A stretch of DNA of 64,000 nt, taken from Octopus vulgaris (Eukaryota). The notes under the pieces are model-generated. The model was not told the origin of the DNA, did no database searches, and worked only from the letters and a program-made list of their open reading frames with translations. The translations under genes and the position numbers were made by a program. The stretch covers positions 170,624,001 to 170,688,000 of the forward strand of contig OX597817.1 of NCBI GenBank assembly GCA_951406725.2, given 5' to 3'. This document shows positions 12,585 through 24,682 of the stretch, piece by piece. Position 1 is the stretch's first letter, and each line of letters begins with the position of its first letter.

Positions 12585-13131
12585 TTACCTCTGGATATCT
12601 TTGTTGCTTATTTTGATATATACATATACATACATACATATACACATGTATGTATGTATGTATGTATGTATGTATGTATGTATGTATGTGTGTATGTAAG
12701 TATGTATGTGTGTATGGATGTATGTATGTATGTGTGTATGGATGTATGTATGTATGTATGTATAAATGTATGTATGAATGTATACATGTATCTATCTATC
12801 TAACTATGTACATATATATATATATATATATATATGACTCCATGACAGTCAAAAATTGTGAAGCATGACTGTCAACACTACTACATAAGAAGATTGCAGA
12901 ATTCAATGCATGAAAGTACTATAATATATATATTCTACTATTTCATTTTATTTTATTCAATTATAATATATTATCTTATAATATATCATTATAAGATTGT
13001 AAATAAACGACTTGGAATTCTCTTTATTATATATGAATTTTATATTTGACTCTATTGAATATATGTCACAATTATGAACTATTACATCATACTCTTTAAA
13101 CATATAGCATGAACTCTCTTTTTTATATATA

Positions 13132-13180
13132 ATTTTTTTTGATAAGGTTCGTCATTTCAAGAACCGAAACATGTTAAATA
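13132..13180 (+). ncRNA. Minimal hammerhead, U3:A8 variant
   Basis: TTT-TTGATAA-GGTTC(gtcatttcaa)GAACC-GAAAC-AT-GTT-AAA; 5-bp stem II, weak A-U stem I. Confidence 0.6.
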
Positions 13181-13289
13181 AATAATGTATATATAAAAAT
13201 AAAAATTTGTCTAATATAGCAGCATTTTCAAACTTCATTTTTACAAATATATACCCACTCGTATACGAGCTAATCTTATTATAAATATA

Positions 13290-13328
<39 letters not shown>

Positions 13329-14417
13329 TTATTTATATATATAGAAGGAGCTTCAATTAAAATAAATTAATTTTACTCTGCTATGTATTGAGTACCTTAT
13401 TTACTGTGGTTAACCCCGAATCAACCCGGGACCTACATATATATATATTTATATATATATATATTTATACATATATATATACACACACACACATATATAC
13501 ACACACATGTATACATATGCATATACAGATACATATATATGCATACACCTATACATATATATTCATACATATATGTATATGTGTGTGTGTATATATATAT
13601 ATATATACACACACATAAAAATACACATATATAAACACATATATATATAATTGCACACATTCACAAACATATATAGTGCATACTGTTTATATTGTATACA
13701 TTGTGCATATGTATGTTCCATGTGTATGTGAATAGTTACAGAACACACATTTTTAACATGCAATGACATCCAAAACAAACAAAAAAAAATAAAGAAAATG
13801 TAACAATTTCAGTCTTTGCCTGAACTGTTACAGGAATCTTCTTTGTTATGGCTGAATTACCTCTCTGCTACTGATCACTGAAGCATGACACAGAATTGGT
13901 ACAAATTGCTTTTATTTCAATTGAAAGTTTACTCATGGAAGACAAGAATAACAATTTTAATTTAAACCTATTTGACAAGTGGGAAATCTCTTTCCTTCCA
14001 GCCTATAGGATGTGAACTCTTGTTATCTTATGTTGCTTCCAGAATATTTTCTGCTTCCTTAGCTTTAGAAATTCATAGAATATTCTCAATAGGCTCCTTC
14101 ATATTTTCCAAGTTTATTCTGAGCTACTAAATAATTTTAAGGAGATAATTTTAGAAGTAAGCAAGCTAAACAATGAAAACAAAAACGGAAGAATGTGCGT
14201 ATGTGTATGTGAATGTGAGTGTGTGCCTGTGTTTGTGCATTTATGTATATACATGCATGTATATATGTATGTATGTATACATGTATGTATGTATGTATGT
14301 ATGTATGTATGTATGTATGTATGTATGTATGTATGTATGTATGTATGTATGTATGTTCGTATGTATGTATGTATGTACGTTTGTATGTATGTTCGTATGT
14401 ATGCATGCATGTATGTA

Positions 14418-14454
<37 letters not shown>

Positions 14455-14558
14455 TGATAGAAATGGTTAGACAACAAAAGAAAGAAAGAGACCTCGATGT
14501 AATGTAAATAGAGGAATTTATCTGTAAATGTAATATGTGACAATTATTTGGTAGCCAT

Positions 14559-14618
14559 AATAAAACTCTGAGTTTCGGATGCCGAGGTGGAAATCCACGC
14601 TGCCATCACTTCAGTTAT
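14559..14618 (-). ncRNA. Hammerhead-like motif (position 9 altered)
   Basis: Minus strand ATAA-CTGAAGT-GATG..GTGGAtttCCAC..CATCc-GAAAC-TCAGA-GTT-TTAT in a TA-flanked cassette at about 14453-14650. Confidence 0.6.
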
Positions 14619-14794
14619 CCAGCCATCGGAAACGCTTTATAATCTCACATGTACACATATATGTATGTATTTATATATATATGTATATATAATATAATGT
14701 ATATATATATATAAAATCTGCTTTTAATGAAATTATCTCCAATACTTCATGAGTGTAGCCTCACCCACTAAGATGTTTGGAGAACTCACATGTA

Positions 14795-14885
14795 TTTTAG
14801 CTGATGAGTATGGGACACTTTTATCTGCTGCAATTTTTGCAACTTTTAATAAAGCCTGTCTTTGTATGAAACAATTGTACTAAAA
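14795..14885 (+). ncRNA. Type I hammerhead ribozyme
   Basis: TTTTAG-CTGATGA-GTATG...TGTAT-GAAAC-AATT-GTA-CTAAAA; cassette 14740-15040 is a diverged copy of 20868-21165. Confidence 0.8.
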
Positions 14886-15426
14886 ACTAATCCATTCTTG
14901 TTGCTTCTTTCTCGTTTATAATCACCCCACATTACTGTATGGTTAACACCATATAGTTTTCTGGTGCATCTAAGTTAAGTACCGTATTCAAGTAAATTCA
15001 TTAGAATTGACTTAAATCTTAATTGCTTTTTATAAAATATTATATATACAGATAATATAGTATTATATTTAGCACAAACACCCTGTACATATACATACAT
15101 GCATACATAAATATGTGTGTGTGTGTGTGTGTGTGTTTGTGTGTGAAGGTGCATGGCTTTGTGGTTAGGGTGCTGCACTCATGATTGCAAGATCATGGGT
15201 TTAATTCCCAGACCGGGTGTTGTGTTGTGTTCTTGAGTAAAGCACTTTATTTCATGTTGCTCTGCAATAACTTCAACATCTGACATGTGGCACCCATTGC
15301 ATCTGTACAGGTAATGTCAATCTCATGGAGGGAGTGAGCTTATTTGATCACTATAAACAAATCATCTGTTTGGTTGTTTGATAAGAAATTGTCAAAGCCT
15401 CATATGTTGTCTAACGACAGGAGAGC

Positions 15427-15517
<91 letters not shown>

Positions 15518-15523
15518 TGTGTG

Positions 15524-15814
15524 TTAGAAGAAATGAGGTACTCAGAAATCCGGATGGTTTTATATTTGCAGATATTTATTGGCATGTTACATGTTTTTAT
15601 AAATCATATCTCATATATCATATATTAGCGCTTTCATCCATTGTAGTGGAGTCTTCAAATTGAACTCAATTTGTTCAATTTGAAGACTCCACTAGAATGG
15701 ACAAAAGCATTAATATATGATATATGATATATGATTTATAAAAACATGTAACATGCCAATAAATATCTGCAAATATAAAACCATCCGGATTTCTGAGTAC
15801 CTCATTTCTTCTAA
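15524..15814. repeat. Near-perfect hairpin, 142-bp arms with 7-nt loop, hammerhead-like core at the apex
   Basis: 15524-15665 versus 15673-15814; the left arm read on minus gives TTGAAGA-cTCC..GGAt-GAAA-GCGC-TA. Confidence 0.9.
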
Positions 15815-15950
15815 TATATAATACCTGTACATCATCTCCAAACCTTCTACAAGAAATCTAATGCGCTTGGCTTAGATTTCCCTTGGGGGCTGCCCAGATC
15901 GGAGCAATCTCAAGATTAATCAGCCGAAGTTGCGAAGATGATCCGGTTCT

Positions 15951-15981
15951 TGACTGATGATTGAGGGCTTCGAATGTCTCG
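15951..15981 (+). ncRNA. Degenerate minimal hammerhead
   Basis: GA-CTGATGA-ttgagggcttc-GAAT-GTC-TC; second box damaged. Confidence 0.35.
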
Positions 15982-16046
15982 TCCGTGTTTTTTGTGTCGT
16001 CTTCTAAATGTTTCACGTTCTTGTCCCAGTTTGTATATTTTTTTAC

Positions 16047-16120
<74 letters not shown>

Positions 16121-16638
16121 TGGCATCAGAACCAAAAGCTTCAAAGCCACCAGAAGAGAGGAAGAAATCAAATGACTGCAGAGAAAGATTTGACAAATTC
16201 AAACTCATTCTCCACCAACATTACCATACAGTCAATGCTATAGACTCTTCAATGGAAGAATTTGTCTACAGAGTCATCAACATTATCACCATAAAGGAAG
16301 TGTTCAGCAAAGAAGAAACTAAATTCTTGGATATGAGATAAAGCCAATGCTGCCAACAATATATATATTATATTGAGGCAGCAAGCTGGCAGACATTAGC
16401 ACATTGGGCGAAATGCTTAGCAGTATTTTGTCTGTCTTTATGTTCTGAGTTCAAATTCCGCTGAGGTCTTTGCCTTTCATCCTTTTGGGGTCGATAAATT
16501 AAGTACCAGTTGCATCCTGGAGTTGATCTAATCGACTAGTCCCCACCCCCAATATTTCGGGCCTTGTGCCTAGAGTAGAAAAGAATATATATACTATACT
16601 ATACTATAATATAATATAATATAATATAATATAATATA

Positions 16639-16759
<121 letters not shown>

Positions 16760-16800
16760 ATAAAAATTATCCAAAATGTACAGTATTGTATATTCATCAT

Positions 16801-16892
16801 AGCTGATCTTACCAATCGGTTTCACACAAGGAATACAATGGAGTGTTAGATAACAACCTGATTATATTACCTTACACTCATTAGAGTTAGCT
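16801..16892 (-). ncRNA. Degenerate hammerhead (G5A)
   Basis: Minus strand AGCTaaCT-CTAATGA-GTGTAAGG...CCTTGTGT-GAAAC-CGATTG-GTA-AGatcAGCT; homologous to 45304-45394. Confidence 0.6.
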
Positions 16893-16907
16893 GATATGGA
16901 AGGAATG

Positions 16908-18275
16908 TAGGAATCAGGATGTCCTCTGGTCCAACCTGATTTTCAGTTTGCATGGTTCAACCAAGATTGGAGGAAAATTTTTTGCTGCTTTGGACAAATG
17001 TTTACCTAAATCTAATCGGTATCATGCTATTTTTAATCAGCACACCTTGAAGGTCTCCTATACTAACTCTGCTAATTTAGAGCAACTTATGCATTGCATA
17101 AACAATAGCAAAATGCAACAAAGGTTCAATAACCCAACTACTGGATTTAGCAAACATACACATCCAAATCCTAACAAAGGAGATGTAAACTACAATGAGA
17201 AACACTAATTATGGCCAATTTGTAATAGGAGAAATACTTATGATACAGCTAACACAGTAACAACATTGGGAAAGGAAGTCAAGACTGCCTTATATACAAA
17301 TAAATTCTCATGCAGAGAAAAATCAAAATGTCCATTGATGAATCTCTGTATGTGTACAAATCTTGTATATAAATGTACCATGCACACAAGAGGAGGGCCA
17401 TATGTTTACATTGGGCAGATGAGCGATTCATTTAATAATTGTTATTGTAACCATGTCTCCAGCTTTAAAACAATGAATAAGAGATATTCAACATCTTTGG
17501 CTGATTTTGCGTGGTGACTAAAGAGGATAAAATGAAGTACAGTGTAACTTGGTCCAAAGTGAGGTACATGAAGCCTACATTATAATTTCCAGGATATGAC
17601 GTCTGTGTTCTGAGGAGTCCTTATCTATTCTGTTCACTAATGAGCAGATCATTAACAGAATTTCTGAAAGTCTCTTGAGATGCCTACACACATATAAATG
17701 TACTTTCACACAATGCAGTGGGAATGAATTTTGAGTAACTGTTAACATAATTTACTTCAAGGTATGGATGAATTAAGCTTATTTTTAATCTTCACATTTT
17801 TATAAACACCAAGTTGCTATTTAACTGTTTTTGTGATCATGAGTGCACCGAACCACATGTGTCCATATACTTACATTTTCGCAGATGCTTGCATGAGCAA
17901 GTGTACTTGCACCATGCAGCTTTCCCGAGGGCGTTTATACATCCTTATTTGTTAATGGTTATTTTTCTCACTGAATTGCATGTTTGTTTCTTTTCTTTCC
18001 ATCTGTGATTTTATTTTCGATTTTCTATATAAATGAAGATATTTCCTCCATCTGGCTGCTTTTCTTTCTACAAAATGAGAAGTTACATTGCGGAACTGTT
18101 AGTTTAATGAGTTGTGTCAATTTATCACCCGACGAGATACATCTGCACCACTGGATGCCCCCGAACCAGTTGTTGAGTGTCCTATTTGTGATGGATCAAT
18201 GCTAGATGTGTCGAAACAATTGTTGTGATTAATAATAAATTCTTGTGTATTTCATCTTACGTTTTTCATTTGCCA
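16908..18275 (+). mobile_element. Penelope-like element, 5'-truncated: RT tail, GIY-YIG endonuclease, pseudo-LTR
   Basis: DVLWSNLIFS..STKIGGKFFAALDKCLPK..IFNQHTLKVSY (cf. WFNPP..TNIG..F...DKHFP..IFNRNT.K.SY); SCREKSKCPLMNLC..LVYKC..VYIGQ..NHVSSF..STSLADFAW; then RLCSEE..IINRISE..RCLH; frameshifts and stops; 3' region carries a hammerhead and AATAAA. Confidence 0.9.
18124..18229 (+). ncRNA. Type I hammerhead in PLE pseudo-LTR (C at position 4)
   Basis: ATCAC-CCGACGA-GATACATCT...AGATGTGTC-GAAAC-AATT-GTT-GTGAT; 9-bp stem II base, 5-bp stem I. Confidence 0.8.
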
Positions 18276-18704
18276 TATATATAGATATATATGTATATAT
18301 TTCTTTATTGCCCACAAGAGGATAAACATAGAGGGAACAAACAAGGACAGACAAAGGGATTAAGTCGATTACATTGACCCATGTGCGTAACTGGTACTTT
18401 ATTTATCGACTCCGAAAGGATGAATGGCAAAGTTGACCTCAGCGGAATTTGAACTTAGAATGTAATGGCAGACGAAATACTGCTAAGCATTTCGCCCGTC
18501 ATGCTAACGTTTCTGCAAGCTCGCTGCCTTATAGATATATATGTATATATGTAATTAAATCAAGGATATAAATCCTCTTAAAGGGATGTCAGCATCCAAG
18601 TTCCCTGGTTTTATCCAGTGTATCAGTGAAAAACCAAAGATGTTAGCTTCACATTGATGGATCTGGATATTGATGGTTATTTTTCTCATACATACATACA
18701 TACA

Positions 18705-19400
18705 TCATCATCATCATCATCATCATCGTTTAACGTCCGTTTTCCATGCTAGCATGGGTTGGACGGTTCGACCGGGGATCTGGGAAGCCAGAAGGCTGCA
18801 CCAGGACCCAGTCTTATCTGGCAATGTTTCTACAGCTGGATGCCCTTCCTAACACCAACCACTCCATGAGTGTAGTGGGTGCTTTTTACGTGCCACCTGC
18901 ACAGGTGCCAGAGGGGTCTGGCATCGGCCACGATCGGTTGGTGCTTTTTATGTGCCACCGGCACAGAAGCCAGTCGAGGCGGTGCTGGCATCGGCCACGT
19001 TCGGATGGTGCTTTTTATGTGTCACCGGCACAGGTATCACAACTACTGTTTCCATTGATATTTGGTTCGATGTTCATGTACATGCACTTGACTCAACAAG
19101 TCTCCTCAAGCACAGCGAGATGTTCCGGGATCCAAGGTACTTTGAATGGGCAGGGGGTATGCAGAACTGGTGCCGGAAGCATCCCGGGTCTTAGTAGTCA
19201 CAGTACATCTCCAGAGATCTCAGTCCTTCGCCATTGCCTCAGTGAGGCCCAACGCTCTGAGGTCATGCTTGACTACCTCATCCCATGTCTTCCTGGGTCT
19301 ACCTCTCCCCCTGATTCCTTCAACTGTTCGGGAGTGGCACTTCTTCACACATCTCTCCTCATCCATCCGCAGTACATGACCATCTATCCGCAGTACATGT
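18705..19400 (-). mobile_element. RTE LINE 3' end: coding tail, family R 3' UTR and (GAT)n tail
   Basis: Minus ORF GHVLRMDEERCVKKCHSRTVEGIRGRGRPRKTWDEVVKHDLRALGLTEAMAKD is continuous with the family R repeat, linking family R to RTE. Confidence 0.9.
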
Positions 19401-20258
19401 ATATATATATACATATATATAAATATATTACTATATAAAGTGTATAAAGTATTTTTATACGCAGAGAGGAGACTCTTGACAGGACTTCTTACATGATAGA
19501 AAAGGCAGTTAAAACCCAAACCATGAAAAAAAAATTCATGAGTCACGCTAGTAATATATATATTAACATATATATTTAGTGTGGTGTGGTCATCACTCTA
19601 GTAGTAGGTTTCTTTGACCACTAATCATAGTGTATAGTTGCCACTGTTACTAAATGTTAACACGATTACAAGATTTGGAATAACGAAAGAGCCATTCTTA
19701 AACTTCACATATAATTTAATGTAATTATATGTGAATTATGAGTTCAACAATAGGCCTCGTGTGAAGCTTTACATGAATATGTAAAGTTACATACAGTTTA
19801 GCCGTGTCATGTTCTGCAAGGAAAGAAATATAATAGAAAATGTACAAAAGAATTTCATGCCACAATTGGTTCACTAGTAGCGTAAGGGTAATTTGTACAT
19901 ATGTCGTATGGCATAAAAGGCTTGCGACACACAGTTGCTGCTGAAAGTCATTTCTTTGGCTTAGGCCACGTGTAGACAAACTTAGCTACTCTCTGTAATA
20001 ACAATGCATTAAGGTCAAAGTTTGGTGAGGAAGAGAAGAGGAACAAATCGTACTTGTCCAGTATATAGCCTCAAAGACTGCTGGCTCCTGGTGAATGAAA
20101 AAGCTTCCAGAACCTTCTACGACTCTGTAGTATTACTAAAAGTGACATAAATCTGCTATTCTTAGAAGTTTACTAGAATGTTCGCCAAGGGAGGTCACTG
20201 ACTTCTGGTGAACCGTAAATAATTCAATGACAGAATCTGTTTCAATTTACATCACACC

Positions 20259-20306
<48 letters not shown>

Positions 20307-20342
20307 TGTATAAATATATATATGTGTGTATATATACATATA

Positions 20343-21166
20343 TATAACCAAGAAAAAAAGCAACAAGAATGGATTAGTAGTTTAGTACAATTGTTTCATA
20401 CCAAGAACAATTTTATTTAAAGCTGCAAGTATTGCAGCAAATACAAATGTCCAGTATTCATCAGCTAAATCACATATATGTTTTCCAGACATCCTAGAGA
20501 GTGTGTCTATCCTAGATTTTCTTCACCACAGAAATAAACTAACCTTTGTCTGTGGTATATCTATGCCTTCTTACTCCCCTACTATCTTCCTCCCATAATG
20601 TCCTTTATTTGGACTGAATCTGCTTCGCTGACTCTCTTACTACTATAACCAAATTCTGTTTGCAACAGCTTAGTTGTGAAATGAACCGCTGTGTGATCAA
20701 CAGCATTCCTCATGTCTCCAGAAATTATATCTGCATTTTTATGGATGGATTCACCTTCTCTGGGAAGTTAACAATCTTTTTAAAAACTTTTTATAAAACT
20801 GTGCATCATTAGAAAGCAATTTGAGTCTGCTTATAATTTGACTTTAAATCTCATAGAACTCACTCCTAATACTTCATGAGGATAGACACACTCTCTAGGA
20901 TGTCTGGAAAACATATATGTGATTTAGCTGATGAATACTGGACATTTGTATTTGCTGCAATACTTGCAGCTTTAAATAAAATTGTTCTTGGTATGAAACA
21001 ATCGTACTAAACTACTAATCCATTCTTGTTGCTTTTTTCTTGGTTATAATCACCCCACATTATTTTATGGTTAATACCATAAACAATTCTGGTGCATCTA
21101 AGTTAAGTACCATATTCATTTGAATTCATTGGAATTCACTTGAATCTTAATTGTTTTTTGCTGAAA

Positions 21167-21168
<2 letters not shown>
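20343..21168 (+). mobile_element. PLE-type cassette with 170-bp inverted pseudo-LTR, two hammerheads
   Basis: 20343-20513 is nearly identical to the reverse complement of 20879-21048; hammerheads at 20381-20469(-) and 20923-21011(+): TTTAG-CTGATGA-ATAC..GTAT-GAAAC-AATY-GTA-CTAAA; (TA)n on both flanks. Confidence 0.9.
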
Positions 21169-21247
<79 letters not shown>

Positions 21248-21750
21248 CATGACACGTGACCGACCAGACCATCAGATGTTGTTACACATCGCTGGTCACA
21301 ATGCGTTCGCATTGTTTTAGCCTTCGAATGGCGCCACCCCACTGGCTAAGTGAGCAGGCCAACAGAAGAAAGAGTGGTGAAAGAGTACAGCAGGGATCAC
21401 CACCCCTGCCGGAGCCTCTTGGGGCTTTTTTTTTTTTAGGTGTTTTCGCTCAATAAACACACACAACGCCTGGTCTGGGAATCGAAACCACAATCCTGCG
21501 ACCGCGAGTCCGCTGCCCTAACCACTAGGCCATTACGCCTCCACATATATACATATGTACGTATATATTATATATATATTTTATCTTTTACTTGTTTCAG
21601 TCATTAGACTGCAGCCACGCTGGGGTACTGCCTTGAAGTTTTAGTTGAATGAATTGACCCACAGTGCTTATTTTTTAAGCCTAGTATTTATTCTATTGGT
21701 CACTTTTGTTGAACCACAGACAAAAAGACACACACAGTTACATAGATATA

Positions 21751-23089
21751 CCGTAAAAAACCCATGTACTTTACACATCTGTGTAATTTACATGGGTGAT
21801 TTTCTGGATAAAATTTGTTAAAAATTCTACCCATGTAAAATTCTACTCATGTAAAATTCTACTCATGTAAAACTTGCCTCCAAAAGTTTTCAGAATTGCC
21901 AATATGGCCAGGGAAATAGGTTTTCAATTTAGTTGTATTTAGCACAATTTTACTTACTTATGATTATATTTTATTAAATTTTCCTTAAATATAAATATTT
22001 TCTGTTTAACAGGTATCACATTGAAAGCTGTTAAATTGCAAAATGTTTGTGTTGTTTATAATAAACTTTATTTTACATTTTTGCTCACAAGAGATTAATG
22101 TCTGATCTTTAGCATTCTGCTGTATGTCTTCTCAAATCATGATCTTGTTGATAATTACTAACAAAAAAAAAGCTGATATAAATACACACAAGTGTTGAAA
22201 ATTAAGTTTAATTACCAATAAACATCAGCTTGGATGACACTTTACTCAACCGACAGAGGAAAATGACCGATCAAACTGATTATGTAAACAGAATTGTGAT
22301 TAGTCGAAAGTGTCTTCTTGTCTCAAGCTCTGATTTTCTACCTATTCTTGTTGGAACCTTTGATATGGAGCATCAAAATTTTAATCCCTTTCACACTTGT
22401 AAAGTGTTAATCAAACTTAAAAATTAGTCATTACCATTATTGTCAGTACGGGCAGAACTTATGAATCGTTTACTGTGAAGGAGAAATTAAATATGTTGAA
22501 TATGCATTTGAATATGACAATAGGGCTACCAGAAGGCATTTTAATATTAATAAAGCCAATGTTTCAAAATTAGCATAAACAGTACGACAAACTTAAAACT
22601 GTGCCTAGTAATAAACAGACAAAAATAAAAGCATACAATCAAGATTATCCATATCATTACATTTTTTCAGTCAGAAATAGCCATATCACTCTGTCTGTCA
22701 ATGGTGCTCCATTGTGATAGGTAGAAACTCCAAGCAATGTTAAATATGAGCTGGACTGTGTTTACCAGTATGAATGTCAGACTTCAAAAAGTAGTTAACC
22801 ATTTAATGGTTTTAGTAAATTTATACAGAAAAAGTAAGCATTATACCATCCGGCATAAATAAAAGTCAACTTCATTATATTTAAGCCATTATTTTTTCTG
22901 TAAAAACCTATTCTGATATTAAATGAGTTAACTTCTGGTACAAATGTTTACGTTTTGTACCTTTTCTCAACAAAAGTAAATCTCTAAAAAATTTCTGGAA
23001 ACGATCTACTCATATAATTTATGCACCCCTAAAGTTTATTTTTATTTTTCCCCCCCCAAAAAATGCATAAATTACATGGGCTTTTATGG
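21751..23089 (+). mobile_element. pogo/Tigger-like DNA transposon, decayed
   Basis: TIRs CCGTAAAAAACCCATGTACTTTA / TAAATTACATGGGCTTTTATGG, 5' TA; about 22455-22580 encodes YESFTVKEKL / VEYAFEYDNRATRRHFNINKANV, resembling the Brinker-type DNA-binding domain of pogo transposases. Confidence 0.75.
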
Positions 23090-23284
23090 TGTATATATAT
23101 ATATATATAGTTAATCCAAACAAGAAAACACAAAAAAACACAACAATGTGAGGACGTGGAACAAATATAGTATTATTGGACGCTCAGGAAAGAAGGGAAG
23201 AAGGAGGGTTTCGTCGGAAACATAGGAGAAGGAAAGATCCCGAGAAGGGAAGACAGAGGAAAAAGAATCGCCAACGGTGTATAT

Positions 23285-23285
<1 letters not shown>

Positions 23286-23316
<31 letters not shown>

Positions 23317-23810
23317 ATTTGGCTCAAAAGCAAATAGCAAGGCCATGTAGGGGGACATGGAGTTAAGTACAGGGTGGTGTTCATGTAAAGAGATCAGGCC
23401 ACTTGAGGTCCAGGGAGGCTTTGAACAAAGCGGTCGTCGGCATCTTCACCATCTCGTCTGGCAGCTTGTTCCACGGATCCGCAACCCGGACGGAGAAAGC
23501 TCCTCTCCTTCGATTGAGATGAAATCGTCGCAGGTAGAGCTTTTCGGAATGACCCCGCAGCCGACGCTCCGGAGCAGGAGTGAAGAACAGCTCTTTCGAG
23601 AGGTTACACTTTCCTCTTATGATGTTGTGGGCGAGAATGAGATCACCACGGCGGCGGCGTTTTTCAAGAGAATAAAGGTTCACCAGCATGACATAGAGTG
23701 GTAGGAATATGGCTGCTGTGAGCATTCCGAATGACCGTCGAATCAAAAACAGAATTCCGCGCGCTTTGTTGGCAGCATGGACGCACTGGGCTGAAGGCGA
23801 AAAGGAGGAA
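23286..23810 (-). mobile_element. CR1-group LINE 3' end with (TAAC)n tail
   Basis: ORF ..LYSLEKRRRRGDLILAHNII..RLRGHSEKL..FSVRVADPWNKLP..FKASLD; (GTTA)n at 23286-23316. Confidence 0.9.
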
Positions 23811-24434
23811 TATATATATACAATGGGCTTCTTTCAGTTTCTATCAAATCCACTCACAAGGCTATAGTAGAAAATACTTGCCCAAGGTGCCATGCAGTGG
23901 AACTGAACTTGGGACCATGTGATGTATATGTTATATTTGAATGCTGTTGACAGTGGCTCCAAAGTTTTAACCAGGTAAGCCATAATTGGACTGTGATGCA
24001 TTAGAGTTATTTCTGCCTTACTGTCAAGAACATTCTTGCATAAGAATAATACATTTGTACTCAAAAGTACAGAATAACACATCAGATTAATATAATATTG
24101 CTTTTTATTATAACTGAACATAAAAACAGACATCAATATTTATATGTGTTTTATCCAGAATTGCAATTTCCAACCTGACATTAATTCTTCTTAAGATGAC
24201 AATGAGTGATATGAAAAAGATATAGCTGATATTTCAACAGGTAAAACATCTGTATAAATAAGATAATTTGGGACATTGGGTGCTACGTAGTAATGCCAGC
24301 ACCAGCACTGAGTCCTTGATTGGCTGAATGCAGCCCCCTGCACCAGTCTTAGAATGCACACCTCTGTTCTATTAGTCATAACCGTTTCATAAATACAGCC
24401 TGAAGTAATAATTTTTAACAGGTGAATATACAGT

Positions 24435-24638
24435 CTTTTTACTTAATTCAGTTATTTGACTGTGGTCATGCTGGAGCACCACCTCCAAGGGTTTTTAGTT
24501 GAAGAAATTGACCCCAGGACTTACTCTTTGCAAGCCTAGTACTTATTCTATCGGTCTCTTTTGCCAAACCACTAAGTTATGGGGACATAAAAACACCCTC
24601 ATCGGTGGTGGGGGACAAACAGACACAAAGACACACAC

Positions 24639-24682
<44 letters not shown>

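Noticed and set aside
19725-19979. AKLYVTLHIHVKLHTRPIV resembling the PLE RT motif LYGLPKIHK..RPIV
   Set aside because: Single weak motif with no flanking similarity; possibly an ancient PLE but not supportable.
21470-21545. tRNA genes
   Set aside because: tRNA-like heads continue into SINE bodies and lack a complete cloverleaf with acceptor stem.
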